Source: Octopus vulgaris
Taxonomy: Eukaryota
Reading direction: 5' to 3'
DNA: 64,000 bases
Assembly: GCA_951406725.2 (NCBI GenBank)
Contig: OX597817.1
Span: forward strand, 74,958,001 to 75,022,000
Below, piece after piece: positions 25,498 through 38,843 of the stretch (its first letter is position 1; each line of letters begins with the position of its first letter). The position numbers and the translations under genes were made by a program. The notes below the pieces were generated by a model. It had not been told where the DNA came from. It saw only the letters and a program-made list of their open reading frames with translations, and searched no databases.

Positions 25498-25961
25498 AAG
25501 AGATACGGACACAGGAAATGTTTCAAGGCTGATAGGAAGTGGTGCTTCCTAGGGCTAAATAGCAGTAGTATTCTTCCCTTTCATGGGACTGTCACATTAA
25601 GTTGGCAACAAACCACCACTTTATCATGTTACTACTGTATAAATCTCTCTGAGAGATTTAGAAATGTATTATTTCTAATAAAAATATTATATTTAAACAA
25701 ACACACATATATTATTGACTCCAGATTATATGTTTATTCCTTCCTGCGGCAAATGTTTGTTTATTTGTGATAAAAGAAAACATTGATGAGACATGCATAC
25801 ATACATACATACATACATACAGGTATATGTATACACATACATATATACAGATATACACACGCACATAAATATATGCACACACACACACGCACATATATAC
25901 ACAGATACATATATACAAACATGAACATACACATAGACACATAGATATATATCTACATACA

Positions 25962-26033
<72 letters not shown>

Positions 26034-27721
26034 TATATACATACATACACACACACATACACATACATAGACATACACATACATACAAGCATTAACACAC
26101 ATACATAAACACATACACATGTACATACATGCATGCACACTTTCCTTAAGTTCAACATGTGACATTGTTTTTGCTATCTACATTCCAACAATGAAGCTGT
26201 GTGTCTTGGTTAGAAACTAGATCTTTCCTTTAAAGAAGACTTCAAATAATTAAAAATAGAAGAGAACAAATATACATACATGTACACATACATACATACA
26301 TACATACATACATACATACATACATACATACATACATACATACATACATACATACATGCATACATACATGCATACATATACACAGACATACATACACACT
26401 CACATACATACATACATATACACACACACATACATACATACTTACATATACACAGACGTACATACACATACATACACACTCACATACTTATAAACATGTT
26501 TATACACATACATACTCAAATACATACAAACATACATTCATCCATGCATATAGATATGTAAACACATTTCTAAAAGATATGTGAAAATCTATAGAAATAC
26601 ATTCACGGCCCATACAAATGTAAGAAGTGGTTGATATTACATCAGGAGAATTAGTCATCGTGGAGTCATTCTGTACAGTCATTCCTACACCACCTGATAT
26701 TCAATACATGACTAATAATCCAATTCCCTTTTGCAACATCATGCCAAGCTGGACTGTATGTCAGCAGTAACAACAGCAACAATGGCAACCACAACAAACA
26801 ATTTTTTTAATAATGCTTTTCCTCTTTATTAACCACATATGGACAAGAACAGATGAAAGCATTACGAAAAACAAACAAACATTTTAACAATGGTTTCTGA
26901 TTCTGGCCTGCACACTTGAGGGTGGTGTGGTAGTCGATAACATTGACCCCAGTACTTGACTGGTACTTTATTTTATTGAACCCCTGAAAGGATGAAACGT
27001 AAAATTGACCTTGGCAAGATTTGAACTCAGAACATAAAGAGCCAAAGCAAATAACCACATAGTATTTTGTCTGACACTCTAATGATTCTGCCAGCAATAT
27101 TGATGATGATGATAACAACAACAACAACAGCAACAGCAGCAGCAGCAACAACAACAACAATCCTTTCTTAACTGGTACTTATTTTATCAACTCAAAAAAG
27201 GATGAAAGGCAAAGTCGACCCCAGCTCAGAACATAAAGACAAATGAAATCTGCTAAGCATTTCATCCGCATGCCAAACAATTCTACCAGCTCACCACCTT
27301 AACAATAATAATAATAATAATCATCATCATCATCATCATCATTTATCATCCACTTTCCATGCTAGCAAGGGTTGGACGGTTCAACTGGGGTCTGTGAAGC
27401 CAGAAGGCTGCATCAAGCCCAGTCTGATGTGGCAGTGTTTCTACGGCTTGATGCCCTTCCTAATGCCAACCACTCCGTGAGTGTAGTGAATAATAATAAT
27501 AATAATAATAATCCTTTCTATTAAAGGTACAAGGCCTGCAATTTTGGAGGAGGGAATGAGTCAATTACATTGACCCCAATATTCCATTGGTATTTATTTT
27601 ATTGACCCTGGAAGGATGAAAGTAAAGTTGTCCTCAGTGGAATTTGAACTCAGAGCATAAAGATGGATGAAATGCCCCTAAGCATTTTATCTGGCATGCT
27701 AACGATTCTACCATCCTTATC

Positions 27722-27761
<40 letters not shown>

Positions 27762-28039
27762 TAATAAACAAAACCAAATATATGGCACCCTAGGCATAAC
27801 ACCAAAAAGAACTTCGAACTTGTTGTCTCATGAGGTCTCTGGGTGAGACTTGGAGCCAACTTGTATGAATGTAAAGCAAAAGTCAAACATAAAATAATAA
27901 TGATGATGATGATGATGATGATTTCATTTATTTGCCACAAGGACGAAGGATGAGGAGGACAATACAAAGACAGAATAAAATGTAGGGGATTTACATATAA
28001 TGAAATGATAATAAATAAATAGAATAAAATAAATAAATA

Positions 28040-28200
28040 GGTGTAGGAGTGGCTGTGTGGTAAGTAGCTTGCTTAGGAACCACATGGTTCCGGGTTCAGT
28101 CCCACTGTATGACACCTTGGGCAAGTCTCCTCTACTATAGCCTCGGGCTGACCAAAGCCTTGTGAGTAGATTTGGTAGATGGAAACTGAAAGAAGCCCGT

Positions 28201-28247
<47 letters not shown>

Positions 28248-28468
28248 GTATGTGTATGTTTGTGTGTCTGTATTTGTACCTCCAACATCGCTTGACAACC
28301 AATGCTGGTGTTTTTACGTCCCCGTAACTTAGCGGTTCAGCAAAAGAGACTGATAGACTAAGTACTAGGCTTACAAAAAATAAGTCCTGGGGTTGATTTG
28401 CTCGACTCAAGGTGGTGCTCCAGCATGGCCACAGTCAAATGACTGAAACAAGTAAAAGAGTAAAAGAG
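28040..28468 (+). mobile_element. tRNA-derived SINE family A
   Basis: Homologous to 20808-21222. Confidence 0.8.
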
Positions 28469-29985
28469 AATAGTAAAAAAAATTGAAAAGTGGTGAGAAG
28501 GTGATAGAGATGTGGCCCTCTTGATACAGGAAAGCCTCTAAGGATAATTGAGGAGCCCCACTGTCTGAGATTTCCCTGAAACCTCAAGAGCAAGTGCCCT
28601 CTACAATTCCTTCTCTCTGATTCACAGCTCTACACTCTTGCCATTTTTGCAACTTTCATCCCTTTCTATAAACTCACTCGAGGATAGCACTTCCCTCTCC
28701 ACTCTCAATTTCCTTTTCAAGTGAAACTTGAAGTCAATGAGAGCTCTACCAAAGAGGAATAATAATAATGATGATGATGGTAATAATCCTTTCTATTATA
28801 GGCACAAAGCCCGGAAGTTTGGAGGCGGAGTTAATCGATTACATGAACTCCAGTGCTTGACTGGTACTTATTTTATCGACCCCCAAAAACATGAAGGGCA
28901 AAAAAGGGCAAAATCGAAATAATTATCATCTCACCATTTAATGTCTGTTCTCCATGCTGGCATGGGTTGGATGAATTGACAGGAGCTGGTCAACTGGAGA
29001 ACTGCTTAGGCTCCATTTTGTCTGTTTTGGCATAGTTTCTATGGCTGGATGCCCTTCCTAATGCCAACCACTTTACTGCATGTACTGGGTACTTTTAATG
29101 TTTTACCGGTACAGTTTAATGTGATAATGCTTTCTACTATGGATACAAGGTCCAAAACTTGTGGGGGAAGGGCTAGTTGATTACATCAAAAGAGTTATGC
29201 TACAATATTTTTGTTAAACTATACTAACTTTGCTTCAATTAATTGTGCATTTACTAAAATAATTTTGCCACTATTAAGCTGGTATTTGGAACTTTAGTTT
29301 ATATAAAATTTTGATGGAGAAATTTGTATCACAAAACAAGGATTGGTTTCAGGAAAGTTAACCCTCTTGTTACCGTGTTTCTGTTAAAATACACGGCTTT
29401 GTTTCAATTAATTGTGAAAATAATGAAGGATTTAATAAGATAGCTTTGTCATTATGAGTCCGGTGTTTCGAATTTAAATTTACACAAAATTTTAATAGAA
29501 GGTTTTTAACTTGGATTACTTTAAAACATGAGCTTGTATCATAGAACCAAAGGCAAACTCAGGCCTGCTATCAAAAAAAGGCTAAACATGAATTTTAATA
29601 TGCACATTTCAAAGATGATAAACAAGCAGAAATTAAGATTAAAATGTGATGAGAATTATTATGCATGATGAATACAAATGATAAGACAAAAACAATGTAT
29701 TAATAACATGATGTTTTCTCGTGTTTTGGGTAACCAGGCATGAGACCATCTGATGACATTATTTAGTATTCCTGCACTCATTTACATACAGTCCCTCTGT
29801 CCTATACAGTATTTTTGTATCTTTATCTCTATTTTCTGCTGGGCACTGTGTAAATAAAACTCCACTACTGCCATCATTTTAAAACTGATACCACAACTAA
29901 CATAAAAGTACTGAAACTCAACCCCGCTCCAATCACTTTTATGTCAGGTTCTTGCTTCAAAATGTATAAAATACAGCATACTCAC

Positions 29986-30058
29986 ATGAAATTTGCTTTT
30001 AGCTTTTAAAGCTCTTTTTTTTGTCGTATTCTCCAACCACTGGTGTTTTATTGCTTCT
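29986..30058 (-). CDS. NEK11: NEK11-like exon (basic, coiled-coil-like region)
   Basis: tcctag|...|gtgagt, 73 nt. EAIKHQWLENTTKKRALKAKSKFH; phase 2 to 0. Confidence 0.75.
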
Positions 30059-30812
30059 CTAGGAACAACACAAAATAAAATGAAATATTTCAATTCAGGG
30101 ATAAAACAACAACAAAAATGATTTTCTGAATTCCCTCACCAAACATTTTTGTTTACTGTAGTAGTTTTGGTGATGGTGGTGGTGGTGATGGTGACAGTGG
30201 TGATGGTGGCAGCAGCAGTAGTAGTAGTAGTTTAGCCTAAGGCCTGTCTTGAATGAGCAAACCTCTGATCAAAATCATTTTAGCCACGACCATCACATCA
30301 TCTATCTCTCTCTCCCTCTCCCTTTCTCTGTCTAAAGATTCTTTAAAGGTCTTCAATATATTGACAGTATGTGGTTTGTGTCTTGCACCCTCATCATCAT
30401 CACCATTATCATCATTGGCATCATTATTTTCATTATTCAATGTCCACATTTCCATGTTTTCATAGGTCAGATGAAATTTTCTGAGGCAGATTTTTTCTCC
30501 GGCTAGATCCTCCTTCTTGTTGCCAATCTTAATCTGTTTCCAAGCAAGGTAATATTTCACCATAAAAGTCAGCAAACAAACGACATCACTGCTCAGATTC
30601 AATCATCACATGATGTCAAAATAATGATACACACAAACACACACACATACATATATATGTATATGACAAGCTTCTTTCAGTTTCCATGAACTAAATCTAT
30701 TCATAACACTTTGGTCAGCTTGGGGTTACAGTAGAAGACACTTGCCCAAGTTTCTGCATAGTGGGACTTAAACCAAGACTCATGGGTGGGAATAAAACCC
30801 ATGGTTGGGAAG

Positions 30813-31138
30813 TGTGGTGTTGGCGGTCGGTGTTATGGGACGTGATGATCTATGTGGTGTTGGTGGAGAGGATGACAGATGTGGTGGGCGGACGTAGGGC
30901 TTGCAGGGGCCAGCGGAAGACTGGGGGGGGGGGGGCTCATGCGTGGCAGGAAGCGGATGTGGTCAAGAACGAAGCACGTGTGGTCAGCAAGGAAGCGCCG
31001 GCAGTTCCAGCATAGACGGCAAAGCGGCAGGACATGTCGAATTCGTGAGAGACCGCTGATTTCGCCGAGGTAAGGCCTTTTGTATTTCTTTCTCCCATTG
31101 CTTCTTTTTCTGATGTCCTCTTCATCCATCACACTACA
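30813..31138. mobile_element. Solo LTR (326 bp) inserted in a SINE
   Basis: TGTGGTGT...ACACTACA termini; 5-bp target site duplication GGAAG at 30808-30812 and 31139-31143; GC- and CpG-rich. Confidence 0.8.
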
Positions 31139-31439
31139 GGAAGTAAGCTTCTTAGTCACACAACCATACCTACACAGAGATGGTTATTTAGAAAAGCCCT
31201 TCTGTTTGAACCTCCCAAAGGTTTCAGAAGTCTGTGGTGATTTTATTATCACTTCGTCTAAAATGAAGTCATTGGAAATTATACTTCCTTGGTATCTGAA
31301 TTGGGAAGGTGAGGTTAGTCATTGGCACTGTACAAAAAAAAACAAAAAGAAAGAAAGAAAAGAAAAGGGGGGAGGGAAGAGGATGGTAAAGTGGGCCATT
31401 GACTGATGACTTAGTGTTAACCGAAAGTTAACTACCAGT

Positions 31440-33200
31440 TCCTATCTTTTATAAGCTGCATCAATTGCCAAGATTTTGGCTAGAAGAGCTTCTGGAAAAT
31501 TAGCTACAAGAGTACAATTATCAACATGCAATAGTTTAATGATCTGTTAAATTCTGAACAGCTTTCAGACATTAAAAATGTTTCCATTAAGCTGAAAGTT
31601 AATAGTGACTCCTGTTGTTCTTTCCATTGTTCTGTATAATGGTGTGATCACAAAGATGAAGAAAATATTAAACAGTAGAGAAGTGTGCATGCAACCTTGT
31701 CTGACTCTTGCTTTTACACTGAGGGGCTCAGATTTCAGCGCTCCATTAACATCTTGAGTCATCAGCACTGTGATGTGGAATTGGCATGGGAAATTCGGGA
31801 ATTTGTACAGGCAACCGAACTTGCTAAGAATATCCCACTGAATTTTTCTGTCAATTCTGCTTAAGTCATTGATAGTTCCATTAATGCAATAAACAGATTC
31901 TAGTATTGTTCTTGGCATTTTCCTTGATGCTGTCTTGTAAAAGGATCATATCTGCTATATCTTGGTCTTTACAGAAGCCATACTGTGATGCTTATGTGAT
32001 GTTCTGAGATACTGGGGAACCAGGCTGTCAAGCATAACCTTTGCCAGTATCTTCCCAGCAAGAGCCAGGGGAGTGGTTTATATCAACTATAAGAGCAAAC
32101 AGATTTGTCTCCCTTGTTCTTATAGATTTTGACAATGTTGGTATCCATTCAATATTGATATATATTCTCCTAGTTCCACATGTTTGAGATATAACAAAAT
32201 GCTATTGGGCACAAATAACCATTTCTCCTTCAAGATTTCTGCTAGAATACTGTCAGGACCAAGAGCTTTCTTGTTTTGACAATGAAACTAACTTCAGCCA
32301 ATGTTGTTGGTTTATTATTTTAATGAATGTTAGGCATTTCACAAAATTACTCTATGATGACTGCTAGATCCATAGGTTAATTTAATCCTTTTGTTACCAA
32401 CCCGGCCGAAACCGGCTCTGGCTCTGAGTACAAATGTCTTATTTCCATAAGTTTAGAATTAAAATCTTCCACCAAACCTTAGTCACAATTCATGTTCCTA
32501 ACACTAGCTTAATGATAACTAAGTTATTTTACTAAATTTTTTGTTATATTTAATGTAATTGAAAGAAACACAGAGCACCTCAAAAGAAATTCAGTAACAA
32601 AAGGGTTAAGAACTGGTGGTAGAAATGTTCTCTGCAGTGAACCCCTGTTGTAGACTGGTTTTTCACTAGAGAAGCACCAACCCTCTAGTCACTTGAATTG
32701 TACTATGGAATAATTCCCAGGGCTATAATGAGTCTTTAGTGCATCACCGAAATTGTACATATTATACCTATCTGTATACATCTTAATTTCCTGAGCATTT
32801 GCAATCACCATTCATATATAAAAGTATACAGAGTGATTTGCAACTCATTTCTGAAGAGCTTGCTATCACTTTATCAGACAACATGCTAACTAATTGTCCA
32901 GATTTGCTATATAGGCCTTGAACATATAATTCAGAAGCTTGAAGGCAACCAGTTTTAGTGTTTATTCTTCTTGAATCTAAAGATTTTGGCAGCAGTCATA
33001 GAGTGTGGAATTTAAGAAGGACCATTTATTATTCATTATAGCTTCTAAGGTGATAACTGCCTCTGACGTTTTCAGCTTGGCAGCTAAAGAGTGATATAAG
33101 TTATAAATATCAAGATTTTTGAGGCTGCAGTAACTAAGATTTCTGATGTTTGTTGTTAAGCATTGTAAGGGTCATATTTGCAACTTAATTTTCAATATAA
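31440..33200 (-). mobile_element. Old degenerate RTE-type LINE
   Basis: ORF 31565..31918 (WDILSKFGC...VRQGCM..SLLFNIF) resembles RTE reverse transcriptase; boundaries approximate. Confidence 0.65.
32386..32605. mobile_element. piggyBac-like MITE nested in the LINE
   Basis: TTAA|tccttttgttac...gtaacaaaaggg|TTAA; degenerate relatives near 29360-29585 and 39580-39795. Confidence 0.75.
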
Positions 33201-33439
33201 TATATATGATCAAGGTCTGTTTATATCTTCTACAATTCTAACAAAATGTTTCAACTAAGGTACTCTTAAATTAAGCACTTTGGCCTAAAATAGGTTTCAA
33301 TACATTATCTAGTCCTTGGAACCCTGAAAACTGAAGAATGTTGTTGATTATTGTACTGTCACAGAAAAGCAATTATTGTACTGTCACAGAAAAGCAATTT
33401 TCAACCATTTATACAAACTTATATATATATACATATATA

Positions 33440-34300
33440 TACATACCCAGGCTTATTCCCCATTTTTTTAGGAGTGGGGTAGCCACAAGACACACACCAG
33501 ATATTTCATCCATTTCGTAGCTCAAAGAGGTGAGCCCCATCCTATGCTCAGGTCAATGCATAGAATGCAACCCACCAATATCAGCAGCAGGGCCTGACAG
33601 CATATGCTGGTTTGCTCCCGCCACATCATGTTGGTTCCATACACCTTTGGGCAACATCAAATTCACTCGTCTGTCCACAAACACTCTCTAAGCTTTCCTC
33701 CCATTTATAAACTCTCTTGCCTCTCTCACTCCAATACCTCTAACCACCAAATCTTTCCTCACTCCATTCATCCACACAAACCAAGGTCTGCCTCTGGTTC
33801 TGCTGCCTACCATTTCTGCCTTCATTACCCTCCTTACCATCTGCTCCTCAGCCATCCTTTCCATGTGGCCAAACCACCTCAACATTTGTCTATCCATTCT
33901 GGTTGTTAATTTTTCTCTCATTCCTGCTTGCCTTTCCACCTCCTCATTCTTCATCCTCTACATCCGTGTCACACCAACCATAGCCCTCAAACATCTCTTC
34001 TCAAACACATCTAGCCACCTCCTTTCTGCTTCTCTCATCCTCCACGTCTCTGCACCTTATAACATTGTCGGCACAATCACGCCCTCATACACACCTCTTT
34101 TCACTTTCATACTCAACCTTTTATCTCTCAGCATACCTTTCACAACGCCAAGTATCTGACTCTCCTCCCTCACTCTATATCCCATTTCCTCAGCTAACCT
34201 CCCATCAGCCATCACATGTGATCCCAGAAACTTAAAAACACTCACCTCCTCTAACATCTAACCATTTATATTCACACCCATCCTACCAGGCATTCCATCT
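33440..34300 (-). mobile_element. RTE-clade LINE 3' fragment (second family)
   Basis: LEEVSVFKFLGS...KVKRGVYEGVIVPTML and LRWFGHMERM...RGRP in ORFs 34057..34257 and 33688..33954. Confidence 0.85.
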
Positions 34301-34612
34301 CTCAGTAGTAGGACTCTGGGGCCCTGGTTTCAGTGTTTGAGGAGTGTGGAAGCATCTTTTAGCCACTGTTTTCCCAGGTCAACTCTGGCCTGGAGTGGTA
34401 GCATCAGTAAGGATCCCAGCTATGGATTAACTAGCAAAACACTCCTGCAGCTAGGGGGAGATGGACTGGTAGAATGCAGTTGCTGTATTCCCTGTGTGTT
34501 GTAAGAAGCGACTAAAAGTGGCGAGAGCAAGGAATCCACTCCAAGAAATTTTTGCTCCGAGAAAGACATACATATTTCTATAACTATCTGTCTATCTACA
34601 CACACATGCACA

Positions 34613-34723
<111 letters not shown>

Positions 34724-34880
34724 GAAAGTTCGTTTGTGCAAGCACGTGGTTGAATATATAGAAAATAGTAAGAAGTGAAAAAACTACAGAAGGCTTGTTT
34801 TGAAAGGTTAAAAAATATATATTTGAGTCAATATGTCTGAAGAATATTATAAATTTTTTTCTTACAATGACATAGTTTAG

Positions 34881-34920
34881 AAGAAATGACCGGTTTCGCG
34901 TTTAGCTTTTCAAATTTCTT
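34881..34920 (-). ncRNA. Minimal type I hammerhead (U3-A8) in pLTR
   Basis: aagaaat-TTGAAAA-gc taaac gc-GAAAC CG GTC-atttctt: perfect 7-bp stem I, palindromic ACCGGT stem III. Confidence 0.75.
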
Positions 34921-35366
34921 ACAACGTTATGTTTATGTTGAGAAGAGTTATCGTTATGTTTATGTTGAGAAGAGTTCTAAATAAGGGAGGTAATAAGTGA
35001 TTTATTCCGGTGTAAGGGAGATAATCGCTTAAAATTTTTTGCCTTTCCTTTGGGGTGAATTTCTCTGTATAAGTATGTTGGAATGGTTAAGTCTGGGCTT
35101 GTACTTTTCAATGAAGAATGTTTCCTTGTTTAGTCTAATTTGTGTTGATGTTCCGATAGCACATTGGTAAAATGGAAAGATTAAAAATTGTGGTAGTAGT
35201 TTCTTTGCGCATTTCTCAATGTGCTCACTAAAAGGTATCATTCTGTATTCTGGGAATGCAATCTGTTGTCGATGCAGTGTGCATCTACGTCTGAGTGATA
35301 GTCCCGTGGATCCCACGTAGTCTTGGTGGCAGCCCGAGCATTTTCTCAACATAAACATAATGTTGT

Positions 35367-35406
35367 AAGAAATTTGAAAAGCTAAATGCGAAACCGGTCA
35401 TTTCTT
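35367..35406 (+). ncRNA. Minimal type I hammerhead (U3-A8), inverted pLTR copy
   Basis: aagaaat-TTGAAAA-gc taaat gc-GAAAC CG GTC-atttctt. Confidence 0.75.
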
Positions 35407-35526
35407 CTAAACTATGTCATTGTAAGAAAAAAATTTATAATATTCTTCAGACATATTGACTCAAATATATATTTTTTAACCTTTTAAAACAAGCCTTCTG
35501 TAGTTTTTTCACTTCTTACTATTTTC

Positions 35527-35565
<39 letters not shown>

Positions 35566-35592
35566 ATATATGCATGCATGTGTGCATGTGTA

Positions 35593-35811
35593 AGGTGGCG
35601 AGCTGGCAGAAACGTTAGCACGTAGCTGTATTTCATCTGCCGTTACGTTCTGAGTTCAAATTCCGCCAAGGTCAACTTTGCTTTTCCTCCTTTCGGGGTT
35701 GATTAAATAAGTACCAGTTACGCACTAGGGTCGATGTAATCAACTTAATCTGTTTGTCTGTCCTTGTTTGTCTCCTCTGTGTTTAGCCCCTTGTGGGTAG
35801 TAAAGAAATAG
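35593..35811 (+). mobile_element. SINE family C with a Meta-domain-like core (representative copy)
   Basis: ggcgagctggcagaaacgttagc...ggtcaactttgc(c)tttc(a)tcctttcggggt; further copies near 22880, 23065, 26900, 27510, 38161, 44219, 49680, 50735, 51420, 52015 and 58820. Confidence 0.7.
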
Positions 35812-36973
35812 GTATGTACATACACACATACATATATAATATCAAAATTTATAATAATATAATGAAATTATTGTATACAGTGCTCAGGTGCACAGGCTGG
35901 GCTGTTCATAATTATTCTTGTCTGTCAGACAAACATAATACATTGAGGTCCATATCAGACAATGCTTGCACTATGTAAAATATGTTTTTGATGTACTTTA
36001 CAACTCTTATATTATGACCCCCCCACCAAACACACACAGACAGAGAGTGACAAAAAAAGATTTCATTTACAATCTGATTGTTACTGAAGATTTTTCTAGT
36101 GATTTTGAAGTGGCTTATTTCACAGTATTAGGACAATTTAAACTTATAAATTGCAAGGTACTAAAATTGAAACCATAAATATATCCAGCGCAACTGCCTA
36201 TCTTTCGCACTTCACTCAATTACCTGATAACATCAATTTAAATATGGCAGTCAATAAAATCTGGTATAAAAATCAGTATGTAAATTGCCTCACATTTGCA
36301 GTTTTACAATTTTGTAGAGTAAAGGTATAGTCAGTTTTTTTAGTTTTTACTTGTCATATTAGTGGTAGCTGTAATGGTGATGATGATCAGGGATGGTGTT
36401 GGTGTTGATGGCGAAGGTAATGATGATCAATGGTAGTGGTGATGGTAGTGGTGGTGGTGGTGGTGGTGGTGGTGGTGGTGGTGGTGGTAGTGGTAGTGGT
36501 AATAAGCAATGGTGGTAGTGGTGGGAAGGTAATCACGATGAATGGTGGTGATTACAGTAAGGATGATAATAGTGGGGAGGTAATGGTGAAAGTAGTGGTG
36601 GCCATGATGATGTTGTTTAGCCCCAAGTCAGCCCTAATGAAGAAGACCTATGATCAAAGCCATTCTGGTCATGAATATCCTGTCTTTTTCATATGTTCAG
36701 GGAACCCAGTATCATATTATCGAATATGATATTTTCTTCAAGTAGCAGGTTGTGATTTGAGGGAGACTAGGCAGCTATTTCTAACAGATGAGTGACCACC
36801 TACAGGCTTTTATAGTGGTGGGGTGGTGATGGTGGTGGTAGTGGTGGGGGTGATGATGGTGGCAGTGGTATGGTAGCAGTGGTGGTGTTGATCATGATAA
36901 TGATTGATGATGATCACGATGATGATAATGGTGGTAGTAATGACTAATTAATTAATCAACTAATTATACTTAC

Positions 36974-37008
36974 AATTTTCCATCAATTTTGCATTCATCA
37001 TTCATTTT
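36974..37008 (-). CDS. NEK11: NEK11-like short exon after the kinase domain
   Basis: ttgcag|...|gtaagt, 35 nt. KMNDECKIDGK(L); phase 0 to 2 bridges the two neighbouring exons. Confidence 0.7.
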
Positions 37009-37372
37009 CTGCAAGAAATTTAAAGACAGTAATAAAGTAAGAAATTGAGAATCAATTTATAAATGATTCTTAATCAACAGTTAAATTATAAAAATATAAT
37101 AATAAAATATACTAATAAAGTTATAAATTATATTTACAAATTTATATAAAAAGATAGGTTAAAATACACTGCTTTTGTTTCATCTAATTTTAAAACAATG
37201 AAAATTTTAATAAAATTTGTCCTTATTAAGCTGATGTTTCGAACATAAATTAGCATTAAATTTTGATGGAGGGTTTTAATTGAGAATATATTAAAACAGG
37301 AAGTTTGTATCATAGAGCCAGGGGCAGTCTCAGGGAATTGGTATTATATGGACTAAATGAGCATTTGGGACA

Positions 37373-37412
<40 letters not shown>

Positions 37413-37479
37413 GTTGAGTTTTGCAATATTTTGGTAACTTATCTGCTTTATTTGTCAAGTTACAACAAAAGCAGTCTGG

Positions 37480-38150
37480 AATTCAAAGTAGAGACCATTG
37501 TGTTGCACAGTCTCAAGCAACCTTTCTGCCAGTACCTTGATCCCACCCTGATAGCAGTGTTTGTCTTTCAAGGTGAAGAACTCCTTCACTGAAGCTTTCA
37601 TTTCCTATTGGGTGATGAGACGTGAGTACAAGAAGTGATTCATGAATCAGAACAAGTGACAACCCAAGGGGAAAATTTTTCCACAATCCTAACATGCATA
37701 AGCAGTGGTTAGGTAAGGGCCAATTTCCAGAACCTGTCGCCAAAAGTGAGCATTTCAAACACAAAGTGATGCTCTGTGTCTTGTGGAATTATGAGGGATA
37801 ATTCACTACAGGTTCTTTCCTGATGGTTGCACTGTCAATGCCAACCAGCATTCTAAACAGCTGGAGAGGTTGTATGCCATTGTGCAGCAAAAATGCCTGG
37901 CACTAGTAAACAGAAAGTGAGCTCTTCTGCAGCAGGACAATGCAAGACCTCATTACTCCTTGAAAAACTTGGAATAAACTCCAAGAACTTAAGGGAATCA
38001 AACTGATGCCACCCCCAGTATATAGTCTGGATCTAGCTGCCTCGGATTGTTCCAATTCATCACTCACTTCCAGCACTCAAAACACTTCATCAACCAAGAG
38101 GCAATGGAAGCTTCAGTGAAAGAGTTCTTCACCTCAGAATGGGATCAAAG
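37480..38150 (+). mobile_element. Degenerate mariner transposase remnant
   Basis: Frameshifted VMLCVLWNYEG, LLQQDNARPH and YSLDLAASD (YSPDLAP-like) motifs. Confidence 0.7.
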
Positions 38151-38463
38151 AACTAGCAGAAAGGTGGGTGAACTGGCAGAAACATTAGCACGCCGGACGA
38201 AATGCTTAGCGGTATTTTGTCTGTCTTTACATTCTGAGTTCAAATTCCACCAAGGTCAATTTTGCCTTTCATCCCTTCAGGGTCGATAAATTAAGTACCA
38301 GTTACACACTGGGGTCGATGTAATCGACTTAATTCCTTTGTCTGTCCTTGTTTCTCACCTCTATGTTTAGCCTCTTGTGGGCAGTAAAGAAATAAGAAAG
38401 GTGGATTCCAGCAGTGCAACACCATGACCTCTACATTGAATGCTAGGTTATTTAGTCATAAGT

Positions 38464-38843
38464 GGAGGTGCAATGGCCCAGTGGTTAGGGCAGCGGACTC
38501 GCAGTCATAGGATCGCGGTTTCGATTCCCAGACCGGGCGTTGTGAGTGTTTATTGAGCGAAAACACCTAAAGCTCCATGAGGCTCCGGTAGGGATGGTGG
38601 TGATCCCAGCTGTACTCTTTCACCACAACTTTCTCTCACTCTTACTTCCTGTTTCTGTTGTACCTGTATTTCAAAGGGCCGGCCTTGTCACTCTCTGTGT
38701 CACGCTGAATATCCCCGAGAACTACGTTAAGGGTGCACGTGTCTGTGGAGTGCTCAGCCACTTACACGTTAATTTCACCAGCAGGCTGTTCCATTGATCG
38801 GATCAACAGGAACCATCGTCGTTGTAACCGACGGAGTGCTTCC
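38464..38843 (+). mobile_element. SINE with tRNA-Arg-like head (family B)
   Basis: ggaggtgcaatggcccagtggttagggcagcggacTCGcag...ggtttcgattccc; A-rich tail. Confidence 0.8.

Larger units (their letters stand above)
34755..35530 (-). mobile_element. 5'-truncated Penelope-like element with inverted pLTRs
   Basis: GIY-YIG C-terminal ORF 35029..35358 (CSGCHQDYVGST..LRRR...H...KETFFIEKYKPRLN) between ~190-bp inverted repeats 34755-34944 and 35343-35530. Confidence 0.9.

Noticed and set aside
25712-26561. Cluster of long YI/CV/MYV ORFs (also near 10726, 14405, 16712, 58637 and 61945)
   Set aside because: These are translations of (TA)n, (CA)n, (CATA)n, (TAA)n and (TAC)n microsatellites.
26616-26693. 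Candidate 78-nt minus-strand exon (GVGMTVQNDSTMTNSPDV...)
   Set aside because: It is open in phase 1 but has a TAG in phase 0, which the flanking exons require.
38464-38540. tRNA-Arg gene
   Set aside because: A and B boxes are present but the acceptor stem does not pair, and it continues into a 380-bp dispersed repeat, so it is a SINE head.
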